Assembly (NCBI GenBank): GCA_964019335.1
Contig: OZ025682.1
Span: forward strand, 372,001-436,000
Length of the DNA: 64,000 nt
Direction: 5' to 3'
Origin: Diplonema japonicum
Lineage: Eukaryota; Protista; Euglenozoa: Diplonemea
The notes below the pieces were generated by a model, which saw only the letters and a list, made by a program, of their open reading frames with translations, was not told where the DNA came from and did not search any database. Below, piece after piece: positions 12,193 through 22,900 of this stretch. Both the position numbers and the translations under genes were made by a program. The number at the start of each line of letters is the position of its first letter. Position 1 is the stretch's first letter.

Positions 12193-13281
12193 ATGATGAA
12201 GTTAGCAATGCTCGCTGTGCTGGCCACCGCTGTGACCGGCAAGCGTCTCATCGAGACGGCCCCCGGGAAGAGGGTGTGGATGACGGAGGCGGAGGTGGAC
12301 ACCCTGGCGAGCAGGATCGGGGAGAAGAAGGCCTTCATCGACGTAACAGACTACCAGAACGTGACGTGGGAGAAGGTGAAGAGCAAGAAGGCCTCGTACC
12401 CCACCCCAGGCGTGCACAAGGCATACGCCATGTCTGTCATGGACGATCTGAAGGGCATTGAAACTGACATTGTCAACACGATTCAATACCTGGGAAGCCT
12501 GCACACAAGGTACTACACCACACAGACAGGAAAGCAAGCGACAGACTGGCTCGCAAGCCAGTACCTCGCAGCCAAGAAGGGGAGGAGCGACGTGACCATC
12601 CAGCAGTTCATGCACAGCTGGGTCCAGCCATCGCTGATTGTGTCTGTTGATGGGTTGGACAAGTCCGAAGAGGTTGTCATCATCGGTGGGCACATCGACA
12701 GCATCAACGGTGGTGCCAACGGGAGGGCTCCTGGTGAGGATGACGACGGGTCAGGCAGTGCGACTGTCTTCACAGTGTTCAAGCATTTGATGGACAACCA
12801 GTTCAAGCCTTCGAGGACTGTTGAGTTCCACGCGTACGCCGCTGAAGAGGTGGGCCTCCGTGGCTCCCAGGAGATCGCACAGCATTACAAGTCCATCGGA
12901 CGCAATGTTGTCGCAATGGTTCAGCTGGACTGCACTGGGTACACCGCTGACGGCCCCGCCAGCATCTCCCTCATTCAGGACAACACTGACCCTGACCTCA
13001 ACCACTACCTCACTGAGACAATTGCTGAATACTGTGCCACTCCTTCTTCCATCTCCAGCTGTGGGTATGGGTGCTCGGACCATGCCTCGTTCACCAATGC
13101 GGGGTACCCTGCTGCTTTCCCCTTTGAGGCTCCCTTCCCCCAGCGTAACCCCTTCATGCACGGTACTCAAGATGTCCTCAGCAAGATCAACACAACCCAC
13201 ATGGTCGAGTTCGCGAAGATGACGATTGGTTTCGTGTGCGACGTGGCTTGCAAGGAAGGTTCTGAGCTCTGCACGGCATAG
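12193..13281 (+). CDS. Secreted M28-family leucyl aminopeptidase
   Basis: Signal peptide MMKLAMLAVLATAVTG; zinc-ligand motifs GGHIDS, PGEDDDGSG, AAEEVGLRGS, QLDCTGY and CGYGCSDHASF. Confidence 0.93.
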   Translation: MMKLAMLAVLATAVTGKRLIETAPGKRVWMTEAEVDTLASRIGEKKAFIDVTDYQNVTWEKVKSKKASYPTPGVHKAYAMSVMDDLKGIETDIVNTIQYLGSLHTRYYTTQTGKQATDWLASQYLAAKKGRSDVTIQQFMHSWVQPSLIVSVDGLDKSEEVVIIGGHIDSINGGANGRAPGEDDDGSGSATVFTVFKHLMDNQFKPSRTVEFHAYAAEEVGLRGSQEIAQHYKSIGRNVVAMVQLDCTGYTADGPASISLIQDNTDPDLNHYLTETIAEYCATPSSISSCGYGCSDHASFTNAGYPAAFPFEAPFPQRNPFMHGTQDVLSKINTTHMVEFAKMTIGFVCDVACKEGSELCTA

Positions 13282-13334
13282 GCAACAGGGGTTTTTTTTC
13301 TTTACGGGTTTTATTGTTGAAAATTCTGTTGTGT

Positions 13335-13366
<32 letters not shown>

Positions 13367-13834
13367 TTGAAAACAAAAAAAAAGGGAGGGAAAACAAAAA
13401 GTGTGGCATGGTATTTTTCAGTATTTTTATTTTTACCCCCCCCCTCCCCCCCTGCGCGCCCTCTTTTCTTTTCTTCCGTGTCCCCTTTTTCCCTCCCCCG
13501 TTGTGTTTGCTTACAGGGAAAAAAAAAGTGTGAATTATTCCGAGACGTGTGTGTGGGGAAGGGGGGTGGATATTGAGAGGAGAAAAGAAAAAAAGAAAAA
13601 AAAAACCCCCCCGAAAAAAAAATGTTTCGAGGGAAAAGAAAAAAGAAAAAAAAGGAGTGGGGAGGGCGCTCTTCCCTTCCCCCCCCCTCCTCCTTTCTTT
13701 CTTAAAATGTCAAAAAACACTTTCTTTTTTTTGAAAGGGGGGAAACGTTATTCTGTTTTTTTTTTTTTGTTTCTTCTTTTTTTCTTCCACATCCCCTACA
13801 GCAAGGACAATAGAATAAAAAGAGAAAAAAAAAA

Positions 13835-16117
13835 ATGGGAGGAACAGCTTCAGCAGAAGTTGCGGATCAAGCACCGTATCTGAAAGAAGGGAGCGAGCAT
13901 CATGCGCAATACGACGAAGGTGTGCACTGGCGATCAAGACGAGAGGACAGCTTGCCATGCAGAAGCGCGCAGAAAGGCACTGCAGGCCTGTCGGAGTGCA
14001 AATACGTGACAATCCCCTCTTTGTTCGAGGCAGCCGCAAAGCTGAAGGGAAAGAAAATCGCCTTCCGTGTAGAGAGAGGCGAGGGCAACACCCTCCCAAA
14101 AGAGTCCGACAAAACCCTTCCCTGGAAATCATGGACATACCAGGAATATTATGATGAGTCCTGCATGGCGGCACGAGCATTCCTTGCCCTTGGACTCGAG
14201 AAAGCATCGGGTGTGTGCATATTCGGGTTCAACTCCCCCGAATGGTTCATGAGCTACATGGGGAGCATCTGTGCGGGTGGCATTGCCATCGGGATCTACC
14301 CCTCAGACAGGGAAGATCAGGTTGCGTACAAAGCACTGCACGGCGGTGCGACTATCGCCGTTGTTCAAGGAGAGAAGGAAGCAACATCCTTTGTCAACCT
14401 GGCGAAGGAAGGAAAGCTCCCGAAATTGAAAGCCATCGTGTACTGGTCCCCCGAGACCAAAATCGAATCCTTCCAAAACAAAGACGGTGCCACTGTCGAA
14501 GTAATGTACTGGGGCGCCCTCCAAACCTGGGCAAAGAAGACATCCGACGCGGAACTCACCTCCGCGCAGAAATCCCAAAACCCTGGGTCTGCATGCTGCC
14601 TTGTATACACTTCCGGTACCACAGGGAACCCTAAGGCAGTGATGCTCTCTCACGATAATTACCACTATGAATCATGGTGTGTTAAAGAACTGATCGGTGG
14701 GCATAAGTTGACCGGCGAACAGAGAATCCTTTCATACCTCCCTTTGTCCCACGTTGCGGGAATGCTTGTTGACATCGTGGCGCCAATGGTGTTATCCGCA
14801 AGGGTGCCCGGGTGGGTCACCGTCACCTTCGCAAGGCCGTACGATTTGAAGGCAGGTACGTTGAAGCATCGGTTGGTCGCGACGAAGCCGACGCTGTTCC
14901 TGGGGGTACCCAGGGTGTGGGAGAAGATCGAGCAAGCGTTGAAGGAGCTCCGGGAGAAGAACCCCCCCGGCGCGTGCAAACTGTGGATGGTCGACAACGC
15001 CAAAGCAAGCGGCTTGGAATTCGCAAAACAGAGATTAATGGGCGGAACGGGAAAATCACCATCATGCCACACATCATGTCTCAACAACACAGTGTACAGC
15101 GCTGTCAAAGCAGGGCTGGGCCTGGACAAACTTGTCATGGCGTTTACAGGCGCGGCACCTATCCAGACGGAAACCCTGGAATACTTCGGGCAGTTCGGCA
15201 TTGACATCCACGAGATATACGGAATGTCCGAGTGCACAGGAGGCACAACATCTAACGGGCACACAGCACGGTTGTGGGGCTCCTGCGGGTTCGCCCTTTC
15301 AGGGATGGAGGTCGCCATTCTTCAACCGGATCCTGCAAACACGTCAAACTTCACAAGGTGCCAACCATGCCCGCCTGCAGATCTTTTATCGCCCACATTG
15401 TCGGAGCAGTATCAAGGTGAGGTTTGCTTCCGTGGCCGGCATATCATGATGGGGTACCTTGCCAACCCGGAGCTGGGCGACGAGCATGTTAAAGAGATCG
15501 AGCAGAAAAACGCGGATGCGATCGACAAGAACGGGTGGCTGCACTCCGGCGACAAGGGCGCACTGGACACAAGAGGGATGCTAAAAATCACCGGGAGGTA
15601 CAAGGAGCTGATCATCACTGCGGGCGGCGAGAATGTTGCACCTGTACCTATTGAAGGGTGCATCAAAGACCTGCTAGGCGGCGCAATCAACAACGTAATG
15701 ATGGTAGGGGATAAGAGGAAGTTCAACATTGTCCTTGTAACACTGTGTACAAACGGTGCTACTGGGGAAAAACCAGGGACGAATGAACTATCTGGCGCTG
15801 CGCGATCAGTCTCGAGCAGTACTAAGGTCCAGGAAGCTGTATCAGACCAGATTTGGATCAAGAAGATTGAGGCCGCCATTAAGCAATGCAACTCCACAGG
15901 TTCCGTGGTGCCCTCAGCTGCCTGCCGGGTCCAGAAGTTTTCCATCCTTCCTCATGACTTTTCTGTGCTGACAGGGGAGTTGACCCCCACATTCAAGCTG
16001 AAGCGTAGTATGGTAGAGGCCACCTACAAGGAGCTTATCGACTCCATGTATAGTGAAGAGAATGTTGAAAACAACTACATCAAATGCCAGGCCGAAAATA
16101 ATGTGCCGTTTCAGTAG
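13835..16117 (+). CDS. Long-chain fatty acid-CoA ligase, bubblegum (ACSBG)-like
   Basis: YTSGTTGNPKAVMLSHDN, SYLPLSHVA, GVPRVWEK, YGMSE, GWLHSGD, ITGRYKELIITAGGENVAP and GELTPTFKLKR motifs. N-terminal MGG is a possible myristoylation site. Confidence 0.93.
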   Translation: MGGTASAEVADQAPYLKEGSEHHAQYDEGVHWRSRREDSLPCRSAQKGTAGLSECKYVTIPSLFEAAAKLKGKKIAFRVERGEGNTLPKESDKTLPWKSWTYQEYYDESCMAARAFLALGLEKASGVCIFGFNSPEWFMSYMGSICAGGIAIGIYPSDREDQVAYKALHGGATIAVVQGEKEATSFVNLAKEGKLPKLKAIVYWSPETKIESFQNKDGATVEVMYWGALQTWAKKTSDAELTSAQKSQNPGSACCLVYTSGTTGNPKAVMLSHDNYHYESWCVKELIGGHKLTGEQRILSYLPLSHVAGMLVDIVAPMVLSARVPGWVTVTFARPYDLKAGTLKHRLVATKPTLFLGVPRVWEKIEQALKELREKNPPGACKLWMVDNAKASGLEFAKQRLMGGTGKSPSCHTSCLNNTVYSAVKAGLGLDKLVMAFTGAAPIQTETLEYFGQFGIDIHEIYGMSECTGGTTSNGHTARLWGSCGFALSGMEVAILQPDPANTSNFTRCQPCPPADLLSPTLSEQYQGEVCFRGRHIMMGYLANPELGDEHVKEIEQKNADAIDKNGWLHSGDKGALDTRGMLKITGRYKELIITAGGENVAPVPIEGCIKDLLGGAINNVMMVGDKRKFNIVLVTLCTNGATGEKPGTNELSGAARSVSSSTKVQEAVSDQIWIKKIEAAIKQCNSTGSVVPSAACRVQKFSILPHDFSVLTGELTPTFKLKRSMVEATYKELIDSMYSEENVENNYIKCQAENNVPFQ

Positions 16118-16312
16118 GAAAGGGGGAAAAAAAAAAAAAAAAAAAGGCTCTTCTCCCCCCGTCTTCCTCCTCCCCCTTTCTTCGAAATGCGAAAACCGTT
16201 CCGTTTCCACCTTCCCCCTCCCTCCCCCAAGAAAAAAAAAAAAAAAAGAAGAAAAAAAAAGGGTTTGCGGGTGGTATTATTTTTTTTTTTTCTCGTTGTT
16301 GTATTATTCTTC

Positions 16313-16343
<31 letters not shown>

Positions 16344-17375
16344 GGTACCGAATACATGGGAGCGTAGTGTGGGAAACAATGAAAGAAGAATGGGGGGGAA
16401 GGGGGTAGGGAGAAAGAAGAAGGGATAAAAAAAAAAAAAAAAAAAAAGGATGGTGTAAGGGGACTGAACATAACATACTTTGCCACCCCTCACCCTCTCT
16501 GACCTGTTTAAGAAGTTGATAAAAAAAAGTTTAATATAAAACCTCTTTGTTCCTTTATTTTTTTTGTTATTTATTGGCCTGGAAACAGGCCACCCCCTCC
16601 CCCCTCTTAGAAAGTTTGAAGGGAAAAAAAAAAGAAAATTCCGATCTACTTGCCTTTTCCCCCCCTTCTTTTTTATTTCTGTCAAGGTGCAAGTATTTAA
16701 AAAAAAACCAAAGCCCCAAAAAGATTTTGTTGCCCTCCATTTTTTTTTTTTTTTTCCCGTTCATAAACAGAAACCACCTCGTCAGTCTATCTTCTTTTCT
16801 CTCTCTTTTTTTTCTTTCTTTTTTTTTCTTTGTAGAACAAAAAGAAATATTCCCCTTTAGGAGGGGAACAAGAAGCTGCACCTTAAATATGTGCAGTGAA
16901 ATGGCAACTCCATAAAGAAAGGTCAAAATAGGTCTAGAAAAAGAAGGGGGAAAGGAAGGAAACTCCTGTGCAGAGAGAAATGAGAAAAGAGAAAACAAAA
17001 AGAAAAAGAAAGAAAGTTTTTTTTTTTTTTTAAAACTGTAACAAGAGAAGAACTGAGATACCTGTAAGTTTTTTTTTCTTTTTTAGTGGTCACAATTTTT
17101 CTTCTACATTTTTTAAGCCCCTCATCTTATACAGCAAAAAAAGGGGAGGGGGGTGAAATACAAATAACTGACCACACTATTTAAAAGAAAAAAGGGTGCT
17201 CTCTCCCCCTTCCCCCCCCCCCCCCCCTTCTCTGTTCCCCTCCACTTGTTCCTACCCCTCTCCCCCCCCCCCCCCCCATCCCTTTAAGAATTTTCATATT
17301 TTTCCCCACCTGCGGAAAAAAAATAATAGATATCATATTGTCAGGAAAGAGATTTAAAAAAAAAAAAAAAAAGAA

Positions 17376-19469
17376 ATGTCAGCGAGGGTGTTGTTACAGT
17401 GGTTGAATGAAAGGCTGGACACGAATATGAAGGGGATTACAGAGATGTCTGATGGTTGGCAATACTGCCAGCTTCTTGACATGATGTTTGAGAAAGCGAT
17501 CCCCCTCTCGAAGGTCATCTTCAAGGCCAAGAACGAAGAGCAACGCTTGGCCAACTTCAAGCTCGTCATGACCTTCCTCCACAAGGCAAAAGCAGACGTC
17601 CCGAACGGCGAAATCGACATCCAAAAACTCGTGAAAGGCCACCAAACCCACAACCTGTCCTTCCTGTCTTGGTTCAAAAGGTGGTGCGACCAAGAAATAG
17701 GCGATGAAATTCCTGTCTACAACGCAATGCAGAGAAGAAAACAAGCGAGCTCCAAAACCCCTTCTGGATCAACACCTGTTAAGGAGCGCAGGTTGAAACG
17801 TAAGGCGGATTCCCCTACAGTCCGATGCCTCTCCTTAGACGACCTCGCCCCGCCACCAACGACGAAACCCCCTACTCTGGACGCCGCACAAAGCGAAGCA
17901 GGCCCAGCAATGTCGTTCATCATGAACAGTCTTTCCAAGAAGCCCCGTACCACCACCACCACCACCACGCCATCATACACAGCAACACCCATCATAACAG
18001 AACGTACAATGAACACAGACCCACCAGCGAAGACAAAGCCCAGCGAGGCCGAACCGAACCCGCTTCTCGTGCAGCGTCTGAGAGACGATCTCCGCAAATA
18101 CCAAGACGACGCAAAAAAACGCTCGCTGGACGATTTGAAAGGATCCAAATCCCTTAAAGACCTTGAGTCGAGGCTGTCCAAATCCTTAGAGGAAGCCAGG
18201 CAGCTTGAAGAAAAGGTCAAACACCTTGAGAAACAACACTCCGCATCTAAACAAGAGGCTAAGGAGAACGCGTCTGAAAGCAAAATGTGGCGGGACAAAG
18301 CTGGGGTCCTCCAGCAGCACATTGAAAACGCAACAGACCAACTGAGAGACAAGGATGATAAGATCAACAAGGCGGCTGAGGTTCGCAGGATGCTGCACAA
18401 CTCCCTCCAAGAGCTGAAGGGGAACATCAGGGTCTTCGCGAGGCTGAGACCGTTCCTGAGGGGGGAGTGCTCGGAGAGGAACTTGTTCGGGTTCCCGGAC
18501 GACCTGGACAACAGAAAAATCGAGGTTTCGGAACCACCGTCAGCGGGTGTGACAGGCGTTGTCAAGGCAAGCAAATCCTCGATGTTCGAGTTCGACAAGG
18601 TCTTCTCTCAAAGCTCATCTCAAAGTGACATCTTCCGTGAGGTGTCGCAACTGGTGCAGTCTGTCCTGGATGGGTATAAGGTTTGCATTTTCGCGTACGG
18701 GCAGACGGGCAGCGGGAAGACCTACACAATGGAAGGCTCCGAAGGAGACGCGGGTCTCATCCCACGCACCGTCCAACAACTCTTCGAACGCAGCAAAGAA
18801 ATGACCCAACAAGGCTGGGACATGTCCATGAAAGGCCGCTATGTTGAGATCTACAACGACAAGCTGAAGGATCTTCTCGGCGACGGAACAGACGACAAAA
18901 AAATCGAGATCCACCATTCCAAGACAGGCGACGACACGCACCTTACAAACTGTTCATTGGTCCCCGTCACTGATGCACACAGCGTCAGACAGGTTTTGGA
19001 AACAGCGAAAAGCAGGAGAACCGTAGCTGCCACCAAGATGAACGAGCTGTCTAGTAGATCGCACTCCGTCTTCACCTTGAAGATCACAGGGAAGAACGAA
19101 GGTACTGGACAGTTAATGTCATCTGAGATCAATCTCATTGATCTTGCAGGGTCTGAACGGGTGAAGGACAGCGGTGTCACGGGCGAAGCCCTCAAGGAAG
19201 CTGAACACATCAACACTTCCCTCACCCACCTTGGGAACGTTATCCAACAGCTTCATGCTAACAAGGGTTCTAAGAAGACAACGCATATCTTCAGGAACAG
19301 CCAGCTCACATGGCTCCTCAAGAGCTGTCTTGGAGGTGATTGCAAAACGCTCATGATGGTGAACATTTCCCCTGCGCCCACTTCCCTTCCAGAGAGCGTA
19401 AACTCCTTGAGGTTCGCCACCAAGGTCAACTCCTGCCAGATCGGAACGGCGTCGAGAAGAGTTAAGTAG
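17376..19469 (+). CDS. Kinesin-14 (C-terminal motor) with an N-terminal EB1-type calponin-homology domain
   Basis: Kinesin-14 neck RRMLHNSLQELKGNIRVFAR, P-loop AYGQTGSGKT, NELSSRSH and LIDLAGSER. Residues 1-105 follow the EB1 CH pattern (LQWLN...YCQLLDMMF...LSKVIF.AK...NFK...KLVKG...NLSFLSWFKR). Confidence 0.92.
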   Translation: MSARVLLQWLNERLDTNMKGITEMSDGWQYCQLLDMMFEKAIPLSKVIFKAKNEEQRLANFKLVMTFLHKAKADVPNGEIDIQKLVKGHQTHNLSFLSWFKRWCDQEIGDEIPVYNAMQRRKQASSKTPSGSTPVKERRLKRKADSPTVRCLSLDDLAPPPTTKPPTLDAAQSEAGPAMSFIMNSLSKKPRTTTTTTTPSYTATPIITERTMNTDPPAKTKPSEAEPNPLLVQRLRDDLRKYQDDAKKRSLDDLKGSKSLKDLESRLSKSLEEARQLEEKVKHLEKQHSASKQEAKENASESKMWRDKAGVLQQHIENATDQLRDKDDKINKAAEVRRMLHNSLQELKGNIRVFARLRPFLRGECSERNLFGFPDDLDNRKIEVSEPPSAGVTGVVKASKSSMFEFDKVFSQSSSQSDIFREVSQLVQSVLDGYKVCIFAYGQTGSGKTYTMEGSEGDAGLIPRTVQQLFERSKEMTQQGWDMSMKGRYVEIYNDKLKDLLGDGTDDKKIEIHHSKTGDDTHLTNCSLVPVTDAHSVRQVLETAKSRRTVAATKMNELSSRSHSVFTLKITGKNEGTGQLMSSEINLIDLAGSERVKDSGVTGEALKEAEHINTSLTHLGNVIQQLHANKGSKKTTHIFRNSQLTWLLKSCLGGDCKTLMMVNISPAPTSLPESVNSLRFATKVNSCQIGTASRRVK

Positions 19470-19902
19470 AAGAAAAAAAAAAGAGAAAAAAAAAAATGAA
19501 ACCCCTTTTGTTATGTTAGATTTTTTTTTTTTTGCTTCCCCCTCCCCTCTCCTATTGTTAATGACCTCCCTTCTTCTTCTTCCCCCCCCCCCCTCCTTTC
19601 CTTTTTGCCCCCAATCTTAGATAGGTTAGAAATAAGGGGGGAAAATACTCTCCGAAGAAAAGAATAAATAACCGCCCTTTTTAAAAAAACTGTACAAACC
19701 TTTTTACTAATAACAAAAAAAAACTGTACCCTCCCCCCCTTTTTTTTCTTATTCCCCAATATTTCCACCCCGCTCTCTTCCCCCCCCCCCCCCCCGCCCT
19801 CTTTTTTAATAGACCACTCCCCCTTGTTTTCGCGCCCCTTTATATTTTTCCCCTTCTCGAATCCTTTTATTTGAATACAGGCTGACACGTAAGAAAGATA
19901 AA

Positions 19903-22900
19903 ATGGGTGCCTGTGCTTGCGGTGAGAAGAAACCGCCAACAGGAAAAACGCAGATAAGTGCCGATCAGCAGGCGAAGATAAACGAGACGACCGCCGTCGT
20001 CAAGGCAGAGGTGAAGGAAGATGTAAAGGAAGCAATCGAAGAAGCTGAAAAGGCTCAAGCGGACGAAACAAAATCCCCCGAAGAGAAAAAAGAAGCAAAA
20101 AGAAAGGTGAAGAAGGCAAAGAAGCGACTCTCGAAGCTCGAAGTTCTGGAAAGGGCAAGAGAAGTCGAATCTATGACTCTCGATGACTACAACACAGCAA
20201 TCAGAAGACTACACTCTGTCACAGGTGAGGACCCGACCAACCCTGGTAAGAAAATGTGTCTTCCAGAAGGGTTAGAATGGATGACAGCCATGCTTGAAGT
20301 TCTCTGGCCTTCTATTAGAAAATATACCGAGAAGACGATGCGTGAACAGGTGCAACCTGCCATCTCACGTGCTGTCGTAGCCTACGGTGTGACATGTGAC
20401 ATCACAAACTTTGATCTTGGTGAGAACAGCCCAGGGTTTGGCCCTATCAGCGCCCGTCGTGTGGAAGGTCTCAACGGTCAGCCTGATGGCGGTCTTGAAC
20501 TGTCCCTTGGGATCACTTACCGCAGCAACATGAGCATCACGCTCAGCACTTCCGTGGGAACTATTGGCGTTCAGAACATAAACTTTCTTGGGACGTTGTT
20601 CATCTGGCTACGTCCCTTCGTCGACGAGATGCCTCTCTGCGGTGGTGTTGAGATGGCCTTTGTGAACCCCCCGACCATAGAGCTCGATTGGACTGGCTTC
20701 GTGGGCAACACAATGGACTTCTCCGGCTTGCAGACCAAGGTCCGTGACATCATCGACAGCTCCGTCGCCTCGTACTGTGTCGTCCCGAATTTCATCGCGG
20801 TCCCCATGCACCCTTCCGTCGATCCTGCCAAATTGAAATGCCCGCAGCCGGAGGGCATCATGAGGCTCACCGTTGTCGGAGCCAATGACCTCCCAAGCAC
20901 CGACTTCGGTGGGGGATGCGACCCTTACGTGCAGATCAAAGTAGGCGCGCAAACATGGAAGACAAAATCCGTTCAAAACACAACGTGCCCTCAGTGGGAG
21001 GAAACGCACGACTTCCTAGTGTACAATCAAGATCAGTGGGTCGTCGTCGACGTGCTGGACCACGACCTTAACGCCAGCGATCTCATCGGCACTGTGAAAC
21101 ATCTTCCGGTCAACCGTATTGTGAAACGTGGCCTTGCAGAGGTCCCCCTTACCAAGGACGGGCTGCCACTCATCGGTGAGGACACCGACGGCGACGACAC
21201 CCCGCCATGCACCATCCAGCTCAAGGCACAGTGGATCGAAATCAACGATTCCACCCCTGCAAACGACGATAGGCTTGTCTCCGTTCACATCAGTGAGATC
21301 AAGGGCCTCCCCACAGGCCTCGAGACCCCACTGAAGATCAAGGCGTCCGTGGGCACCTCGGAAGGTCTCACAAAGGGCGGTGTTGCAAAGCCGGGAAGCT
21401 GGTCCGACTCGGAGGAGGTTCTCAGATTGATCAGAACGCAGAAGGGCATCCCCGCTGCTGAGGTGGCCTCCATGCTCTCTTTGGAGGGCAACGAGGAACT
21501 CATTGAACGTGCCTTGGCACAGCATGATGACGAGTGGCTCCTGCAGGCGGACAGCAGTATGGCTTCCTGGTGGATGAAGAACTCCTACTTGCTGAACTGG
21601 CAGGCCTTCCCCACGGAGCAAGATGCCGAGAAGGATGACAGAGTGCAGTGGGCTGGGAGCTCAGAAGAGACGAACTGGCCGTTGTGCAGCAAGGATGAGC
21701 TGAACAAGAGAAAGGCTTACTTCACTGCAGCGGCTGATGTTGCCGACTGGCACTACAAGATAACCACCAACCTGAAGGCACACAAGGCCGCTACGGAGCC
21801 ATACTACGAGTACGTGATGCACATGCACGCCAACAGCGTGGACGACGTCAAGCTAGAGATCCTCAACAAGAGCGGAGCTGTGGTGGGCAGCACGACGCTG
21901 ACGGTCACTGACAACGCTGTGGGTGACGAGCCTGATCTTGTTGGGCCGTTTGAAGTGGACGTAAACGGAACCAAGTGCCTCGTCCATGGGTCTGCCACAG
22001 TAAAGAGCCTGGTCGTGGCGACAGAGCTGCCGTCCAACTGGAACCTTAAGGCTGATGCCATCGACTCGAAGGAGTTCATCGCATGGTGGAAAGACGAGGT
22101 CTACCTAGAGGACTGGCACTACAACAAGGAAGAAGGCACCAAGTGGACTGCAATTGACTGGCGTGCTGGTAAAAAGGACAGGGCATCCGAGGAAGAGCTG
22201 GCGAAGAGGGTTGAGTACTACCATGAAGGCGCCGACCATGTGATCGGCAGCGGCGTGACACCCTCGAAAGAAGGGGCGTTGATGGCCTGCCTCAAGGCAG
22301 GCGCCATCACGTGGGGCGACTACGACGTGCTAATCGGGAAGCTGAGAGGCGAACCCAACGTGCCGACCATTGCAGAGACCATCGAATGGGTAAACCTCCT
22401 CATCATCGCGATGTGGCCTAACATCAAGGCTTACACAGAGACTATGGTGCGTACAAAAGTGGAACCCCAGGTCAGCAAAGCGGCCAAGGATGCTGGTGCC
22501 GGGATGAAAATGATAGGCTTGGATGTGAAGCTCCCGAAGGTAGACTTGGGGACGAAGCCGCCGCACTTTAACACGATTCAGGTGGAGAAGATCGCGAAGA
22601 AAAACGGGTGGGGCGGGGACTACGATGGGATGATCCTCACGCTGCACAACGCGTCGTTTGTGTCGGACATCGACATCGAGGTAGAGGTCATCGTGACATC
22701 GGCGCTTGGGACAAAGACCATGAAGCTGGGTGTGAAGAACGTTCTCTTCAGGGGGACCATCAAGACCATCATGAAGCCGATGCTGCCCACGTTGCCTATG
22801 ATCGGTGCCGTGCAGGTGACGATGCCGAACCCACCCGAGCTTGTGATGGACTTCACAGGGCTCACCGACGCCCTTGTCGACAAGATCCCCAGCATGAACA

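Noticed and set aside
12193-13281. M28 aminopeptidase as a recent bacterial horizontal transfer
   Set aside because: The same family occurs in fungi and other eukaryotes, and composition matches neighbouring genes. A phylogeny would be needed.
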